This document shows positions 47,050 through 57,907 of a stretch of DNA of 64,000 nucleotides, in pieces; position 1 is the first letter of the stretch, and each line of letters opens with the position of its first letter. A model generated the notes under the pieces. The model searched no databases. It saw only the letters and a program-made list of their open reading frames with translations, and was not told the origin of the DNA. The DNA lies in the NCBI GenBank assembly GCA_963790305.1, contig CAWBOC010000009.1, positions 956,911-1,020,910 of the forward strand, given 5' to 3'. The stretch comes from an uncultured Gemmatimonadaceae bacterium (GTDB lineage Bacteria > Gemmatimonadota > Gemmatimonadetes > Gemmatimonadales > Gemmatimonadaceae). The position numbers and the translations under genes are program-made.

Positions 47050-48036
47050 ATGAGCGCCGAGCGAGAACCTGGCCTCCTCGAGGGCCTCCTCGAAGACGGC
47101 CGACCCGCGCTCCAGCTGACGGCCGTAGGTCTGCTGCTGTCAGGCGCGTTTGCCCTGTTCATCTCCGCACGCCGAGAGTTTCTCCCGCATGACGTCGCGT
47201 TTCTGGGAATGAGCGCGGAGCAGCTGTGCGCGTTCGCGGAGTGCCGCGTCGCCTTCTTCATGTTTCACGACCGCGTCGCCTACGGCGGGTCACTGATTGC
47301 GGTAGCGGTTCTTTATATGTGGTTGACCGCGTTTCCACTTCGTCACGGTTTCAAATGGGCGTGGTGGGCGCTCGCCCTCAGCGGGCTGCTCGGCTTCGCC
47401 AGCTTTCTGTCCTACCTAGGCTACGGATATCTCGACTCGTGGCATGGGGCCGCGACGCTGGCGTTGCTGCCCGTGTACATCGTCGGAATGGCCCGGTCTC
47501 GCTCACGCGCGACGGTCTCGACAGTCGCCTGGCTTACCTCCCCTGAGGGACGTGCCGCGCCCCGATTGAGACGCCTTGGGCGGTGGGGCCTCCTGTCAAC
47601 GGGCCTTGGGATGATGGCGGCCGGCTCGGCTGTTCTTTTTCTGGGGACAACGGACGTATTCGTCGCGGAGGATCTCGCGTACATGGGGGTCACGCGTGAC
47701 ATGCTCGACCGCGTGAACCAGCGCCTCGTGCCGCTGATCGCGCACGACCGCGCCGGATTTGGCGGTGGCCTAACGACCGCTGGGCTGCTGGTGTCGCTCT
47801 GTGCATGGTACACCCCCCCGAGCCGGTCGTTTTATCAAGCGGTGCTGATTGCGGGGGTCGCGGGATTCGGTTGTGCCATCGTTGTGCACTACCTCGCCGG
47901 ATATACGAACGTGGTCCACCTCGCACCGGCATTCGCGGGGGCGGCGCTCTTTGCGGCGAGCATGGTTCTGGAAGGGGTCGCGGGTGGCCTCATGCGGCCT
48001 CAACGGCAAGGCAACGCAACCAGCCCCGGTAGCTGA
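47050..48036 (+). CDS. Hypothetical polytopic membrane protein with internal duplication
   Basis: Two repeats, FLPHDVAFLG...HDRVAYGG and FVAEDLAYMG...HDRAGFGG, each followed by TM helices. Confidence 0.75.
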   Translation: MSAEREPGLLEGLLEDGRPALQLTAVGLLLSGAFALFISARREFLPHDVAFLGMSAEQLCAFAECRVAFFMFHDRVAYGGSLIAVAVLYMWLTAFPLRHGFKWAWWALALSGLLGFASFLSYLGYGYLDSWHGAATLALLPVYIVGMARSRSRATVSTVAWLTSPEGRAAPRLRRLGRWGLLSTGLGMMAAGSAVLFLGTTDVFVAEDLAYMGVTRDMLDRVNQRLVPLIAHDRAGFGGGLTTAGLLVSLCAWYTPPSRSFYQAVLIAGVAGFGCAIVVHYLAGYTNVVHLAPAFAGAALFAASMVLEGVAGGLMRPQRQGNATSPGS

Positions 48037-48140
48037 CCATGACTCGTTTTCGCGTAACGTACGCACCATGGCCGGCGGGGCGGCGGGATGGGCGGTGACC
48101 GCTTACAATAGTGGTGTGCCCCTTCAAACGCCCGGTGTCT

Positions 48141-50348
48141 ATGTCTGCCTCGATCCGTCGATCCCGCGCTTTCACTCTGGTCGCGGCCCTGCTCGCGATC
48201 GCGTGCACACGCTCCACGCCTAGACCCGTCGCTGTGTACTCGGCCGGTAGCGTCGGCACCGACTCCACCCCCTCGGCACCCTCAGCGAACAACCAGGTGT
48301 TGCTCGCGGGTTGGGCCGGCTCGTACGGCGGCGTCCCGCCGTTCGACAAAGTCGCCGTCGCCGAGTTCGAGCCGGCGCTCGAAGCCGCGATGCAAGAAAA
48401 TCTCGCCGAGATCGACAAGATCGCGAACGACCCCGCGCCGCCGACGTTCGCCAACACGATCGAAGCCCTCGAGCGCTCCGGCCGCGCGCTCGAACGCGTC
48501 GGCTCTGTCTACCGCGTCTGGGCCTCGACGATGAACAGCCCCGAGTTCCAGGCCGTCGAGCGCACGATGGCGCCGCGCCTCGCCGCGTTCGAGGACAAGA
48601 TCACCCAGAACACCGCGCTCTTCCGCCGCATTGAAGCCGTCTACAACGCGCCTAACAAGACTACGACGCTCACACCCGAGCAGCAGCGCCTCGCCTGGCT
48701 CTACTACACCGACTTCGTGCGCTCCGGCGCCAAGCTCGACGAAACCGCCAAGAAGCGTGTCGCCGAGATCAACCAGCAGCTCGCCGGACACTACACGAAG
48801 TTCAGCCAGAACGTCCTCGCCGACGAGACCGACATCTACCTCACGCTCACTACCGAGGCCGAGCTCGCCGGGCTCCCGCAATCCGTCAAGGACGCAGCGG
48901 CACAGGCCGCCGCACAGAAAAGCCTCCCCGGAAAGTGGGTCATCACCAACACCCGCTCGGCCATGGATCCTTTCCTTACCTTCTCCGATCGCCGCGATCT
49001 CCGCGAGAAGGCGTTCAACCTCTTTATCAATCGCGGCGACAACGGCGGCGAGCGTGACAACAACGAGATCATTACCCAAATCCTCAAGCTGCGCGCCGAG
49101 CGCGCGAAGCTGTTAGGCTATCCGACACATGCGCACTGGCGGCTCGAGAACGCCATGGCCAAGACGCCGGAGCGCGCCATGGAGCTCATGAAGGCGGTAT
49201 GGCCCGCGGCGATCGGTCGTGTCAAGGAAGAGGTCGCCGACATGCAAGCGCTCGCCAGGAAAGAGGGCGCCAACATCACCATCGAGCCGTGGGACTATCG
49301 CTACTACGCCGAGAAGGTTCGTAAGGCGCGGTACGACCTCGACCAGAACGAGACGAAGCCCTACCTCCAGCTCGACAAGCTGCGCGAAGGGATGTTCTGG
49401 GTCGCGGGCGAGCTGTTCGGCTTCGCGTTCGCGCCGGTGTCCAACGTTCCCGTCTATCACCCCGACGTGCGCGTGTGGGAAGTCACCGACAGGACCACCG
49501 GCCACCACATCGGGCTCTGGTACTTCGATCCTTACGCTCGCCAGGGCAAGCGCTCGGGCGCGTGGATGAATGCCTATCGACGCCAGGAGCGCTTCGAGAA
49601 GCCGACCACGACGATCGTCTCCAACAACTCGAACTTCGTGAAGGGCGCCGCGGGCGAGCCGGTCCTCATCTCGTGGGACGACGCGACCACGCTCTTCCAC
49701 GAGTTCGGGCACGCGCTGCACGGCCTTTCCGCGAACGTGAGCTACCCTGCTCTCTCGGGCACGGCAGTGCCACGCGACTACGTCGAGTTTCCGTCGCAGC
49801 TGCTCGAGCACTGGCTTGCGACGCCCGAGGTCTTGCAGAAGTTCGCGCTCCACTACCAGACGGGAAAGCCGATCCCGCAGTCGCTCGTCGATCGTATCAA
49901 GCGCGCGGACACGTTCAACCAGGGGTTCGAGACCACGGAGTATCTCGCGGCGGCGCTGATCGACATGGAGCTGCACCTGGCGGGTGACGAGCTCATCGAT
50001 CCGGACGGGTTCGAGAAGGTGACGTTGGTCGACTTCGGCATGCCACGCGAGATCGTCATGAGGCATCGGACGCCGCAGTTCTCACACGTCTTCGCCGGCG
50101 ACGGCTACTCGGCGGGCTACTACTCGTATCTGTGGAGCGACGTGATCACCGCCGATGCGTACGGGGCGTTCACCGAGGCAGGTGGGCCGTACGACAAGGC
50201 GGTGGCGGCGCGGCTCAAGCAGCTGCTCTCGATCGGCAACACGATCGAGCCGGCGGATGCCTATCGAGCGTTCCGCGGTCGCGATCCCCGGGTCGAAGCG
50301 CTGATGGAAAAGCGCGGCTTCAGCAAACCGGCTTCCACAACTCGCTAA
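48141..50348 (+). CDS. M3 family metallopeptidase (peptidyl-dipeptidase Dcp-like), lipoprotein
   Basis: GKRSGAWM, TLFHEFGHALH, DYVEFPSQ and GYSAGYYSYLW; lipobox AIAC. Confidence 0.93.
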   Translation: MSASIRRSRAFTLVAALLAIACTRSTPRPVAVYSAGSVGTDSTPSAPSANNQVLLAGWAGSYGGVPPFDKVAVAEFEPALEAAMQENLAEIDKIANDPAPPTFANTIEALERSGRALERVGSVYRVWASTMNSPEFQAVERTMAPRLAAFEDKITQNTALFRRIEAVYNAPNKTTTLTPEQQRLAWLYYTDFVRSGAKLDETAKKRVAEINQQLAGHYTKFSQNVLADETDIYLTLTTEAELAGLPQSVKDAAAQAAAQKSLPGKWVITNTRSAMDPFLTFSDRRDLREKAFNLFINRGDNGGERDNNEIITQILKLRAERAKLLGYPTHAHWRLENAMAKTPERAMELMKAVWPAAIGRVKEEVADMQALARKEGANITIEPWDYRYYAEKVRKARYDLDQNETKPYLQLDKLREGMFWVAGELFGFAFAPVSNVPVYHPDVRVWEVTDRTTGHHIGLWYFDPYARQGKRSGAWMNAYRRQERFEKPTTTIVSNNSNFVKGAAGEPVLISWDDATTLFHEFGHALHGLSANVSYPALSGTAVPRDYVEFPSQLLEHWLATPEVLQKFALHYQTGKPIPQSLVDRIKRADTFNQGFETTEYLAAALIDMELHLAGDELIDPDGFEKVTLVDFGMPREIVMRHRTPQFSHVFAGDGYSAGYYSYLWSDVITADAYGAFTEAGGPYDKAVAARLKQLLSIGNTIEPADAYRAFRGRDPRVEALMEKRGFSKPASTTR

Positions 50349-50371
50349 AACGAGGTCGGGGTGGTGGAATC

Positions 50372-51259
50372 ATGAACGCGCGACGTCTTGTTCTGTCGGC
50401 AGCATTCCTTTCACTCACATCCTGTGACGGACCCACCGGACTGGACGAGGCGCCGGGCCGCATCCTGGTCGCAAAGCTCCGGGGGCCCAGTGGCTTCGAA
50501 ATCTGGGTGATGCGTCCTGACGGGAGCGACGCGCGACAGCTCACCTCCAACAACCTGCGCGATGCCGATGCGAGCTGGTCGCCCGACGGCCAGCGAATTG
50601 TGTTTACCCGCTCCATCGACAGTATCCCGGGGGCCGAGCAGCGTTCCGAGATTCACGTCATGAACGCGGACGGGACGGGGGTGCGGAAGTTGACGGAGGG
50701 TGAGCTGTCCGCGCAGTCACCGCGCTGGTCGCCCGACGGTACTCGAATCGCGTTCGACCGGGTTCTCCCCGGCGGCTCGAGACGCATCTTCGTGATGAAT
50801 GCCGACGGCTCCAACGTCCAGGTGCTCCCCCCGGAGATCGGCCTTCTTCCGGATTGGTCCCCGGATGGAAACAGGCTCCTGTTTATCGGAAGCGCCGACT
50901 GGCAGCTCCACGTCATGAACGCCGACGGCACCGGCGTACAGACGTTAGGTGGCGACACTGCCTGCGAAGGCATCATCCGAGCCGCGCGCTGGTCTCCCGA
51001 CGGCACGCGCATCGCGTACACCTGCGATCCGAATGCGGCATCGCTCTGGACGATGCGGGCCGACGGGACGGCTCCCAGGCAGGTGAGGGCGCCCAACACG
51101 TACGGCAGTCCGGTATGGTCGCCCGACGGCCGGTACATCGCGTTCAACGCCCTTTTTGCCGACAATAGGCGCGAGGTCGTCGCCGTCCGGTCCGGCGGCG
51201 GTAGCGAATCGCGGGTCACCAACGATCCCGACTTCGATCTCGTCTCGGACTGGAAGTAA
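50372..51259 (+). CDS. TolB-like beta-propeller (PD40 repeat) lipoprotein
   Basis: Five WSPDG repeats with MNADG motifs; lipobox LTSC. Confidence 0.88.
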   Translation: MNARRLVLSAAFLSLTSCDGPTGLDEAPGRILVAKLRGPSGFEIWVMRPDGSDARQLTSNNLRDADASWSPDGQRIVFTRSIDSIPGAEQRSEIHVMNADGTGVRKLTEGELSAQSPRWSPDGTRIAFDRVLPGGSRRIFVMNADGSNVQVLPPEIGLLPDWSPDGNRLLFIGSADWQLHVMNADGTGVQTLGGDTACEGIIRAARWSPDGTRIAYTCDPNAASLWTMRADGTAPRQVRAPNTYGSPVWSPDGRYIAFNALFADNRREVVAVRSGGGSESRVTNDPDFDLVSDWK

Positions 51260-51308
51260 CCCCGCGATTCGCAGGTTAGTGACGCAACGCTCATCGAGGA
51301 GACACGAT

Positions 51309-51494
51309 ATGCCCGAAGCCAAGAAGCACATGCGCTGCCGCGACGTCGGCATGGACTGCGACTTCGAGGCGCACGGCCGCACCGAGGAGGAAATCATGCA
51401 GAAAGCTGCCGCCCACGCAGCTCGCGATCACGGAATCAACGAGATCACTCCCGACCTGGAACGACGGGTCCGGAGCGCGATCCGCGCCGACTGA
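51309..51494 (+). CDS. DUF1059 family small metal-binding protein
   Basis: CRDVGMDCDF...EEEIM...HAARDHG; SD GAGGAG upstream. Confidence 0.85.
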   Translation: MPEAKKHMRCRDVGMDCDFEAHGRTEEEIMQKAAAHAARDHGINEITPDLERRVRSAIRAD

Positions 51495-51513
51495 TCCCGC
51501 GCGCGTAACCGCC

Positions 51514-51544
51514 TGGGGGCGAGCGAATCAGACGCTCGCCCCCC
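51514..51544 (+). terminator. GC-rich hairpin, possible terminator
   Basis: GGGGGCGAGCG-AATCAGA-CGCTCGCCCCC after the DUF1059 stop; weak U tract. Confidence 0.45.
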
Positions 51545-51591
51545 GGCGCCTTTCTTGCGGCGCCGAGTATGTCTCCCCGACAAGCGGTGCC

Positions 51592-53356
51592 ATGATGCGC
51601 AGCGAGCCAACACGCGAGCCTATCGGGCGCATCGGCGGAACATGGGTTCGTCCCACCGACGGCGCCTCCAACGCTGACCTGGAGCGTGCCCTTCCGCCCA
51701 CGGCCGAGCGGGAGGCTTCCGCAGCGTCCACGCTGCGGAGCTCGCTCGATGCACTCATCAGGCTGCTCGAGCGCGTGTCACCCGGAATGCGCGGCTCCGT
51801 GCTCCTGCTCGATGAGGACGGAATAACGCTTCGGCACGGCGCCGCCCCGCATCTGCCCGTGGCCTACAGTCAGGCGATCGATGGCGCGCACATCGGTCCC
51901 GCCGCGGGATCCTGTGGCACCGCTGCATATCGACGCGAGCGCGTCATTGTGCGGGACGCCGCAATCGATCCGCTGTGGGCGGATTACCGCGGGCTAGCCA
52001 AGGAGCATGGTGTCGTCGCCTGCTGGTCGACACCGATCCTCGACGACGACGGCACCGTGCTCGGCACCTTCGCGATGTACTACGATGAGCCGCGGGAGCC
52101 AACACCCAACGATATCGATCTCACCGAAACCGCCAGGCTTCTCGCGGGCAATCTCATCAAGCGCGCGCGCGCCGAGGAGGCTCTGCGCTGGCGGACGGAC
52201 GTGGCCGAGAGATTAGCCGAGGCGCTGGGAGCGAGCGAGGAGCGATTCCGCTCGATGGCCGAGGCCATTCCCGTTCAGGTCTGGACCGCTAAGCGCGACG
52301 GCCTCCTCGACTTCGTCACCAGAAAGACCGCCGAGAGCTTTGGTCGTGAGGCGGCCGAGCTGCTGGGGACTGGATGGGCGCAAGTCGTTCACCCTGACGA
52401 CATCGAGCGCGCGGGGGAGCGCTGGCAACATTCGATCGACACCGGCGATCCATACGATGTGGAATTTCGCGTCTTCTCGGCCGCAACAGGTGATTTTCGC
52501 TGGCACCTCGTTCGCGCCAACGCCGCGCGCGACGCGAACGGGCGGATCACACAATGGTTCGGCTGCACGACCGACATCGAGGATCAAAAGCGCCTCCAGG
52601 CCGCGCTCAATGCCGCGCTCGATGAAACGAAGCGTGCGAACAAGGCGAAGGCTGATTTCCTGGCGATGATGAGCCATGAGCTGCGCACACCGCTCAACGC
52701 CATCGGCGGATATGCTCAGCTCATGCTCGAAGGCATTCCGACGCCGGCATCCGAGGGGCAGCTGAACTACCTGCGACGGATCGCCAAGAGCCAGCAGCAT
52801 TCTGCTCGGCCTCATCGAGGCGGTTCTGCTGCACGCCAAGGTCGAAGCGGGCAAGGTGACGTACCACATCGGCGACTTCTGGGCGCGCGAGGTACTCGAC
52901 GTCGTCGACTCGCTGACGGCGCCGCAGCGGGCGGCGAAGCGTCTCGCGTACCAGTGCGATGGCTGCGATCCCAAGCTCGTCTTCCACGCCGACAAGCAGA
53001 AGGTCGTGCAGATCCTCCTGAACATTCTGTCGAACGCCACAAAGTTCACGCCGCTGGAGGGGCGGATTACCGTCGAAACGTCGGTGCTCGGCCCGGACGT
53101 TGGCGCCTTCTCCGTCCGCGATACCGGCGTCGGCATGTCGCCCAAAGAGCTGGAGCTGGTGTTCGAGCCTTACGTGCAGTTCGATAACCCTCTCGCTCGT
53201 GAACACAAAGGGACCGGACTCGGCATGCCGATCAGCCGCGAGCTCGCGCGCGGGATGGGCGGTGATCTCACCGCCTCGAGCGCGCCGGGTGTCGGATCCG
53301 TCTTCACCCTCTCGTTGCCTCTGGCGGCCCCCAGCGAACCTAACGAACCGAGATAG
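51592..53356 (+). CDS. GAF-PAS sensor histidine kinase; frameshift at ~52805
   Basis: GAF (GSCGTAAY...CWSTPI), PAS (VHPDD...FRWHL), MSHELRTPLN, then in another frame NILSNATKFT, DTGVGM, GTGLG. Confidence 0.88.
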
Positions 53357-53363
53357 AGCGACC

Positions 53364-53861
53364 GTGACCATCGGACGATCATTTCTGAAAGAGGTCGACG
53401 ACGAGTTCACATCGAGTCGCCGCCTGATCGAGCGCGTACCGAGTGAGAAAGGGCCATGGAAGCCGCATCCGAAATCATCGGCGCTCGGACATCTCACCCA
53501 GCTCGTGTGCAGAATGCCGAAGATCATGGCCGACATCGTGAGGGGCATCGATCTCGATCTCGCGGCGGGACCCGGCTACACCTTCGAGTCCACCGACACG
53601 CTGCTGCGGGAGTTCGACGCTAACGTCGCCGACTTGCGTCGAACATTGTCCGACGCAAAGGATACGGCCTTCGAGGGGAGCTGGAACGTTCGCGCGGGCG
53701 CGGACATCTACGACACGGCGGTGCGTCTCGACGCGCTCCGCAATACGATCAACCACTTCGTGCACCACCGCGGCCAGCTCACCGTCTACCTTCGACTGCT
53801 CGACGTTCCCATTCCGCAGCTCTACGGACCGACGGCCGACGAGCGGAGCATGTCGAAATGA
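53364..53861 (+). CDS. DinB family protein
   Basis: WKPHPKS...NHFVHHRGQLTVYLRLLDVPIPQLYGPTAD. Confidence 0.88.
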   Translation: MTIGRSFLKEVDDEFTSSRRLIERVPSEKGPWKPHPKSSALGHLTQLVCRMPKIMADIVRGIDLDLAAGPGYTFESTDTLLREFDANVADLRRTLSDAKDTAFEGSWNVRAGADIYDTAVRLDALRNTINHFVHHRGQLTVYLRLLDVPIPQLYGPTADERSMSK

Positions 53862-54679
53862 GAGCCTCTCTCCTCGCGGTGATGATGACCGTCGTCGCGT
53901 CCCCATCACTCTCTCAGCAGTGCAGCGACACCGAGAAGGCGAAGCTCCGCGAGCTCGACAGAGCGTGGGCAGAGGCAACTCGCCGAGGAGATCGCGCGCA
54001 GCTCAACGCCATCTTCGCTGACGACTTCGCCTCCTCCGACATCAACGGCTCGCAGAACAAGGCGGCGACGATTGACGCCGCCGTCCGCGCCGCCGAGCGC
54101 GCGCGGGCGAGCGGACAAACGCCACCAGTCGCGATGTACGACAATTACCTCATCACCTGCACGCCGGCGAGCGCGGTCATCACTCACCGCGCGACGACCA
54201 CCGCCACAGTCGAGGGAAAGGAACAGACCTCCTACTTCCGCAGCGTGCACATACTCGAGAAGCGCGGAGGTCGCTGGCAGGTCGTCGGAAACGCAGGACA
54301 CGCGCTCACCGATGCAGCGGTTCTGCTCTACCTCGAGAACGATTGGAACGACGCTCGCATTCGGAAGGACATCGCCTGGTTCGAGCGCACCCTCACCGAC
54401 GATGCCACGGCGGCCTCCGCCAGCACCGGCACGTTTCAGACGAAGAGTCAGTATCTCGAATCGATCAGGGTCGACAAGACGGTGATCGAATCGATCGAGC
54501 TTCTCGAGCCCAATGTCAGAATCGACGGGAACACCGCGATCATAACGGGGATCAACCGGTCTCGAGGTCGCGACGCGGAGGGGAAGCCGTTCGATCGCCG
54601 CGCACTCTTCACCGGCACCTGGGTGAAGCGCGACCGGCGGTGGATGGTGTGGGCCTTCCAGGGCACCACCATCCCATGA
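53858..54679 (+). CDS. Secreted tandem NTF2-like (DUF4440) protein
   Basis: Signal peptide and two repeats of the pattern LxxxW...xDD...KRxxRW. Confidence 0.8.
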   Translation: MRASLLAVMMTVVASPSLSQQCSDTEKAKLRELDRAWAEATRRGDRAQLNAIFADDFASSDINGSQNKAATIDAAVRAAERARASGQTPPVAMYDNYLITCTPASAVITHRATTTATVEGKEQTSYFRSVHILEKRGGRWQVVGNAGHALTDAAVLLYLENDWNDARIRKDIAWFERTLTDDATAASASTGTFQTKSQYLESIRVDKTVIESIELLEPNVRIDGNTAIITGINRSRGRDAEGKPFDRRALFTGTWVKRDRRWMVWAFQGTTIP

Positions 54680-54686
54680 CGACTCG

Positions 54687-56399
54687 CTACTTCTGTGCCT
54701 GCGCCTTAGCCCAGCTGTCGCGCAGCGTCACCGTCCGGTTGAACACGAGGGCGCCAGGCTCCGAATCAGCCGGATCCGAGATGAAGTAGGCCGTCCGCTC
54801 GAACTGATAGCGCGAGCCTAACGGGTCATTCCCCACACTCGGCTCGATCTTCGCCCCGGGAACGATCGTCAACGACTCCGGATTCACCAGATCCAGCACG
54901 TCGCCCTCGCCTGCATCCGGCTCCGGCACCGTGAACAGCTTGTCGTAGAGCCTGAGCGTCACGTCGAGCGCATGCGGCGCCGAGACCCAGTGAATGGTCC
55001 CCTGCACCTTGCGCCCGTCCGGTGAGTCGCCGCCGCGCGTCGCCGGATCGTACGTGCAGCGCAGCTCGACGATCTCTCCCGCTGAATTCTTCACGGCTTC
55101 CTGGCACGTAATGAAATACCCGTAGCGCAGACGCACTTCGCGGCCGGGCGCCAGGCGGAAGAACTTCTTCGGCGGGGTCTCCATGAAATCGTCGCGCTCG
55201 ATGTACAGCTCGCGCGAGAAGGGCACCGATCGCGATCCCGTCTTCGGCACATCGTGCGGGTAGTAGGGCGCGTCCAGCTGCTCGACCTGCCCTTCCGGAT
55301 AGTTCGTGATCACCACCTTGAGGGGACGCACGACGCACATCACCCGCGGCACCCGCATGTTGAGATCGTTCCGGATCGCATGCTCGAGCGTCGCCAGCTC
55401 GGTGCGCTGCGGCTTTCGCGAGACCCCGGCCGTGGTGACGAAGTCGCGCAGCCCCTCGGGCGTCACGCCCCGCCGGCGCAGCCCCGACACCGTCGGCATG
55501 CGCGGGTCGTCCCACCCCTCCACGACGCCCGCATTCACCAGGCGCAGCAGCTTCCGCTTGCTCATCACCGTGTACTCGAGGTCGAGGCGCGAGAACTCGG
55601 TCTGCTCCGGCGGACGCTCGATGCCGCACTCGCGCATCAGCCACCGGTAGATGTCGTTGTTGTCCTTGAACTCCAGCGTGCACAACGAGTGCGTGATGCT
55701 CTCGATCGCGTCCGACAACGGGTGCGCGAAGTCATAGAGGGGATACAGACACCACGCGTCGCCCTGCCGATAGTGATGCGCGTGACGGATGCGCAGCAGC
55801 ACCGGGTCGCGCATCACCATGTTCGCATGCGTCATGTCGATCTTCGCGCGCAGGACGTGCGCGCCATCCGGGAACTCGCCAGCCCGCATGCGGCGCAGCA
55901 GGTCGAGGTTCTCGTCCACCGAACGGCCGCGATGCGGGCTGTTCGTCCCCGGCACCATGACCGTGCCGCGCGCCTCGCGAATCTGCTCGCTCGTCTGCGA
56001 GTCCACGTACGCCGATCCTTTCTTCACGAGCAGCTCGGCGAACTCGTACAGCTTGGCGAAGTAGTCGCTCGTGTACAGCTCCTCGTCCCACTGGAAGCCG
56101 AGCCACTTGATGTCGTTCTTGATCGCCTCGACGTACCTGATGTCTTCCGTCTCGGGGTTGGTGTCGTCGAACCGCAGGTTGCAGCGGCCGCCGAACTCCT
56201 CCTTGATGCCGAAGTTGAGGCAGATCGACTTCACGTGGCCGAGGTGCGGAAAGCCGTTCGGCTCCGGCGGAAAGCGCGTGGCGATCTGCCGGCCAAAGCG
56301 GTCGGCCGCGACGTCCTCGGCCACCATCTCACGAATGAAATCGCGCGCGCGCGCCGGTGCGGCGTCAGAGGGCGTGGTATCTGAGACGGACTGTGACAT
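54687..56399 (-). CDS. glnS: Glutamine--tRNA ligase
   Basis: TRFPPEPNG, HLGH, RFDDTNP, THSLCTLEF, VMSKR, WDDPRMPT and FNRTVTL. Confidence 0.95.
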   Translation of the reverse strand: MSQSVSDTTPSDAAPARARDFIREMVAEDVAADRFGRQIATRFPPEPNGFPHLGHVKSICLNFGIKEEFGGRCNLRFDDTNPETEDIRYVEAIKNDIKWLGFQWDEELYTSDYFAKLYEFAELLVKKGSAYVDSQTSEQIREARGTVMVPGTNSPHRGRSVDENLDLLRRMRAGEFPDGAHVLRAKIDMTHANMVMRDPVLLRIRHAHHYRQGDAWCLYPLYDFAHPLSDAIESITHSLCTLEFKDNNDIYRWLMRECGIERPPEQTEFSRLDLEYTVMSKRKLLRLVNAGVVEGWDDPRMPTVSGLRRRGVTPEGLRDFVTTAGVSRKPQRTELATLEHAIRNDLNMRVPRVMCVVRPLKVVITNYPEGQVEQLDAPYYPHDVPKTGSRSVPFSRELYIERDDFMETPPKKFFRLAPGREVRLRYGYFITCQEAVKNSAGEIVELRCTYDPATRGGDSPDGRKVQGTIHWVSAPHALDVTLRLYDKLFTVPEPDAGEGDVLDLVNPESLTIVPGAKIEPSVGNDPLGSRYQFERTAYFISDPADSEPGALVFNRTVTLRDSWAKAQAQK

Positions 56400-56484
56400 C
56401 CGGATAAGGTATCACGCTGCCGCATCTACCCGCGAGGCATCAGGGTCGCTGAGCCTCGCGGGCCGGTACTGCCTCCAATGTCGG

Positions 56485-56724
56485 CTACTGCCACCTCGGC
56501 GGCGGGTCGTCAGGCGGCGGAATGTGGCTCGGGGCCTCGCCCTCGTGCGTTACGTGATCCTTGTTGACGTGCTGTGCCCACTTCGCGCCCACCTCTGCCC
56601 ATCCGGTCAGCTCCCGGCCGTTCTCGTTGATCGCTACGATGTGGTTGTTCAGGTTGCACGACACGACGCCTAGCACGATCACCGCGATCGTCAGGATCAC
56701 GAGCAGAATTCTTTCCCACGTCAT
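56485..56724 (-). CDS. Small membrane-anchored protein or lipoprotein with a His/Pro-rich tail
   Basis: Strong SD GGAGG, hydrophobic N-terminus ending VVSC, tail HVNKDHVTHEGEAPSHIPPPDDPPPRWQ. Confidence 0.7.
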   Translation of the reverse strand: MTWERILLVILTIAVIVLGVVSCNLNNHIVAINENGRELTGWAEVGAKWAQHVNKDHVTHEGEAPSHIPPPDDPPPRWQ

Positions 56725-56776
56725 CGTCGTCCTCCAGTCAAAGAGGAGCAGGGAGCGATCTCTGAAGCAGCCCGAT

Positions 56777-57907
56777 TCACGGCGTCACCTGAAGGTACGC
56801 CGTCACTCGGGAAGTCTGCGGCTGCGGACGTAGGAGGACCAGAAGCGCCCAACACTGGAGAGGTGGAATGTTGACGGTCGTGCTTTCCGGTCGTTCGGTC
56901 GTAGTCGCACCATCAGTGTTCCCGCGGTCCTCCCACGTGGTGCACTCGACCCACCGCAAATCGACGTTCGCCAATGATGGCGTCCAGTGGACCGCGGCAG
57001 TTATGGAGAGGGAATCCGTCGGGCGGAACGTGACCAGATCCAGCGTGTCTGGACGCGACGTCGTTCGCCATAACGAAAGCACGGCTTTAATGGGAGATGT
57101 CACGGCCGTGTAGCGCGGTGCACGTGTCGTCAGACAAGTGTCCGTGGTGCAAGAGGCCGTGAGCCGATCGTTGGCGTCCAACGAGCTCTCGACGAGCACC
57201 CGGGTGTGTTGGCTGTCAACGGTATTGCCCACGTTGCGGACGGTGAGAATCCGCTGCCCCGGTCGCGCAGCGAGAAAACGGAATGCCGCGGTATTCCCCG
57301 AGAGGTGCAGCGTGTCTCTGACGAAGGGCGCGCCGTCGAGCGACCCGCGCTCATCACCTGTGAACGGCTGGTAGGCGGGCGGACGCACAATGATTGTGTC
57401 GCCGATCCAAATGTTATCCGGGTCCACCGATCCCGGAAACGAGTCCGCTGCCGTTGCCGGGCCACCGATCATCGCCGCGACGTCCGCGCGCATCACCGCC
57501 GTCGCCGCGCCGTTCAATGCATTCAGGCTTTCCTGGGTGTCAATGTCCTTGAGACTGATGGCTGCCCGCTTCTGGACGTTGGCCACGTAATTGTCGAGGG
57601 CTCGCTGGATATACACTGCAGGCGCAGTGGCCGCCGACGGCGCACCCGTATCCGCCGCTGTGGCGTACACGGATCTGAACTTCGCTGTCATGTTCGACCG
57701 CCAGTCGGCGGGCGGTCCGTCTCGCAGCAGCTGCTTCAGCCTCGGCACGGCGCGGCTGCCGAGCGCTTGCACGGCCTCGCGCTCTCCGTTCGTACACTCA
57801 TCGCAGTGTACCCAGCGTCGGATCGCTTCCTCCACAGGGTCCGTGCGTTCCGCTCTGCACGCCAGGAACGCGGCTGCGAACAGCACGAGACCGATCGAGC
57901 GAGTCAT
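56777..57907 (-). CDS. Hypothetical lipoprotein (CxxC, helical N-terminal part, beta-rich C-terminal part)
   Basis: Lipobox FLAC, HCDEC; ATGA overlap with the upstream gene. Confidence 0.7.
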   Translation of the reverse strand: MTRSIGLVLFAAAFLACRAERTDPVEEAIRRWVHCDECTNGEREAVQALGSRAVPRLKQLLRDGPPADWRSNMTAKFRSVYATAADTGAPSAATAPAVYIQRALDNYVANVQKRAAISLKDIDTQESLNALNGAATAVMRADVAAMIGGPATAADSFPGSVDPDNIWIGDTIIVRPPAYQPFTGDERGSLDGAPFVRDTLHLSGNTAAFRFLAARPGQRILTVRNVGNTVDSQHTRVLVESSLDANDRLTASCTTDTCLTTRAPRYTAVTSPIKAVLSLWRTTSRPDTLDLVTFRPTDSLSITAAVHWTPSLANVDLRWVECTTWEDRGNTDGATTTERPESTTVNIPPLQCWALLVLLRPQPQTSRVTAYLQVTP

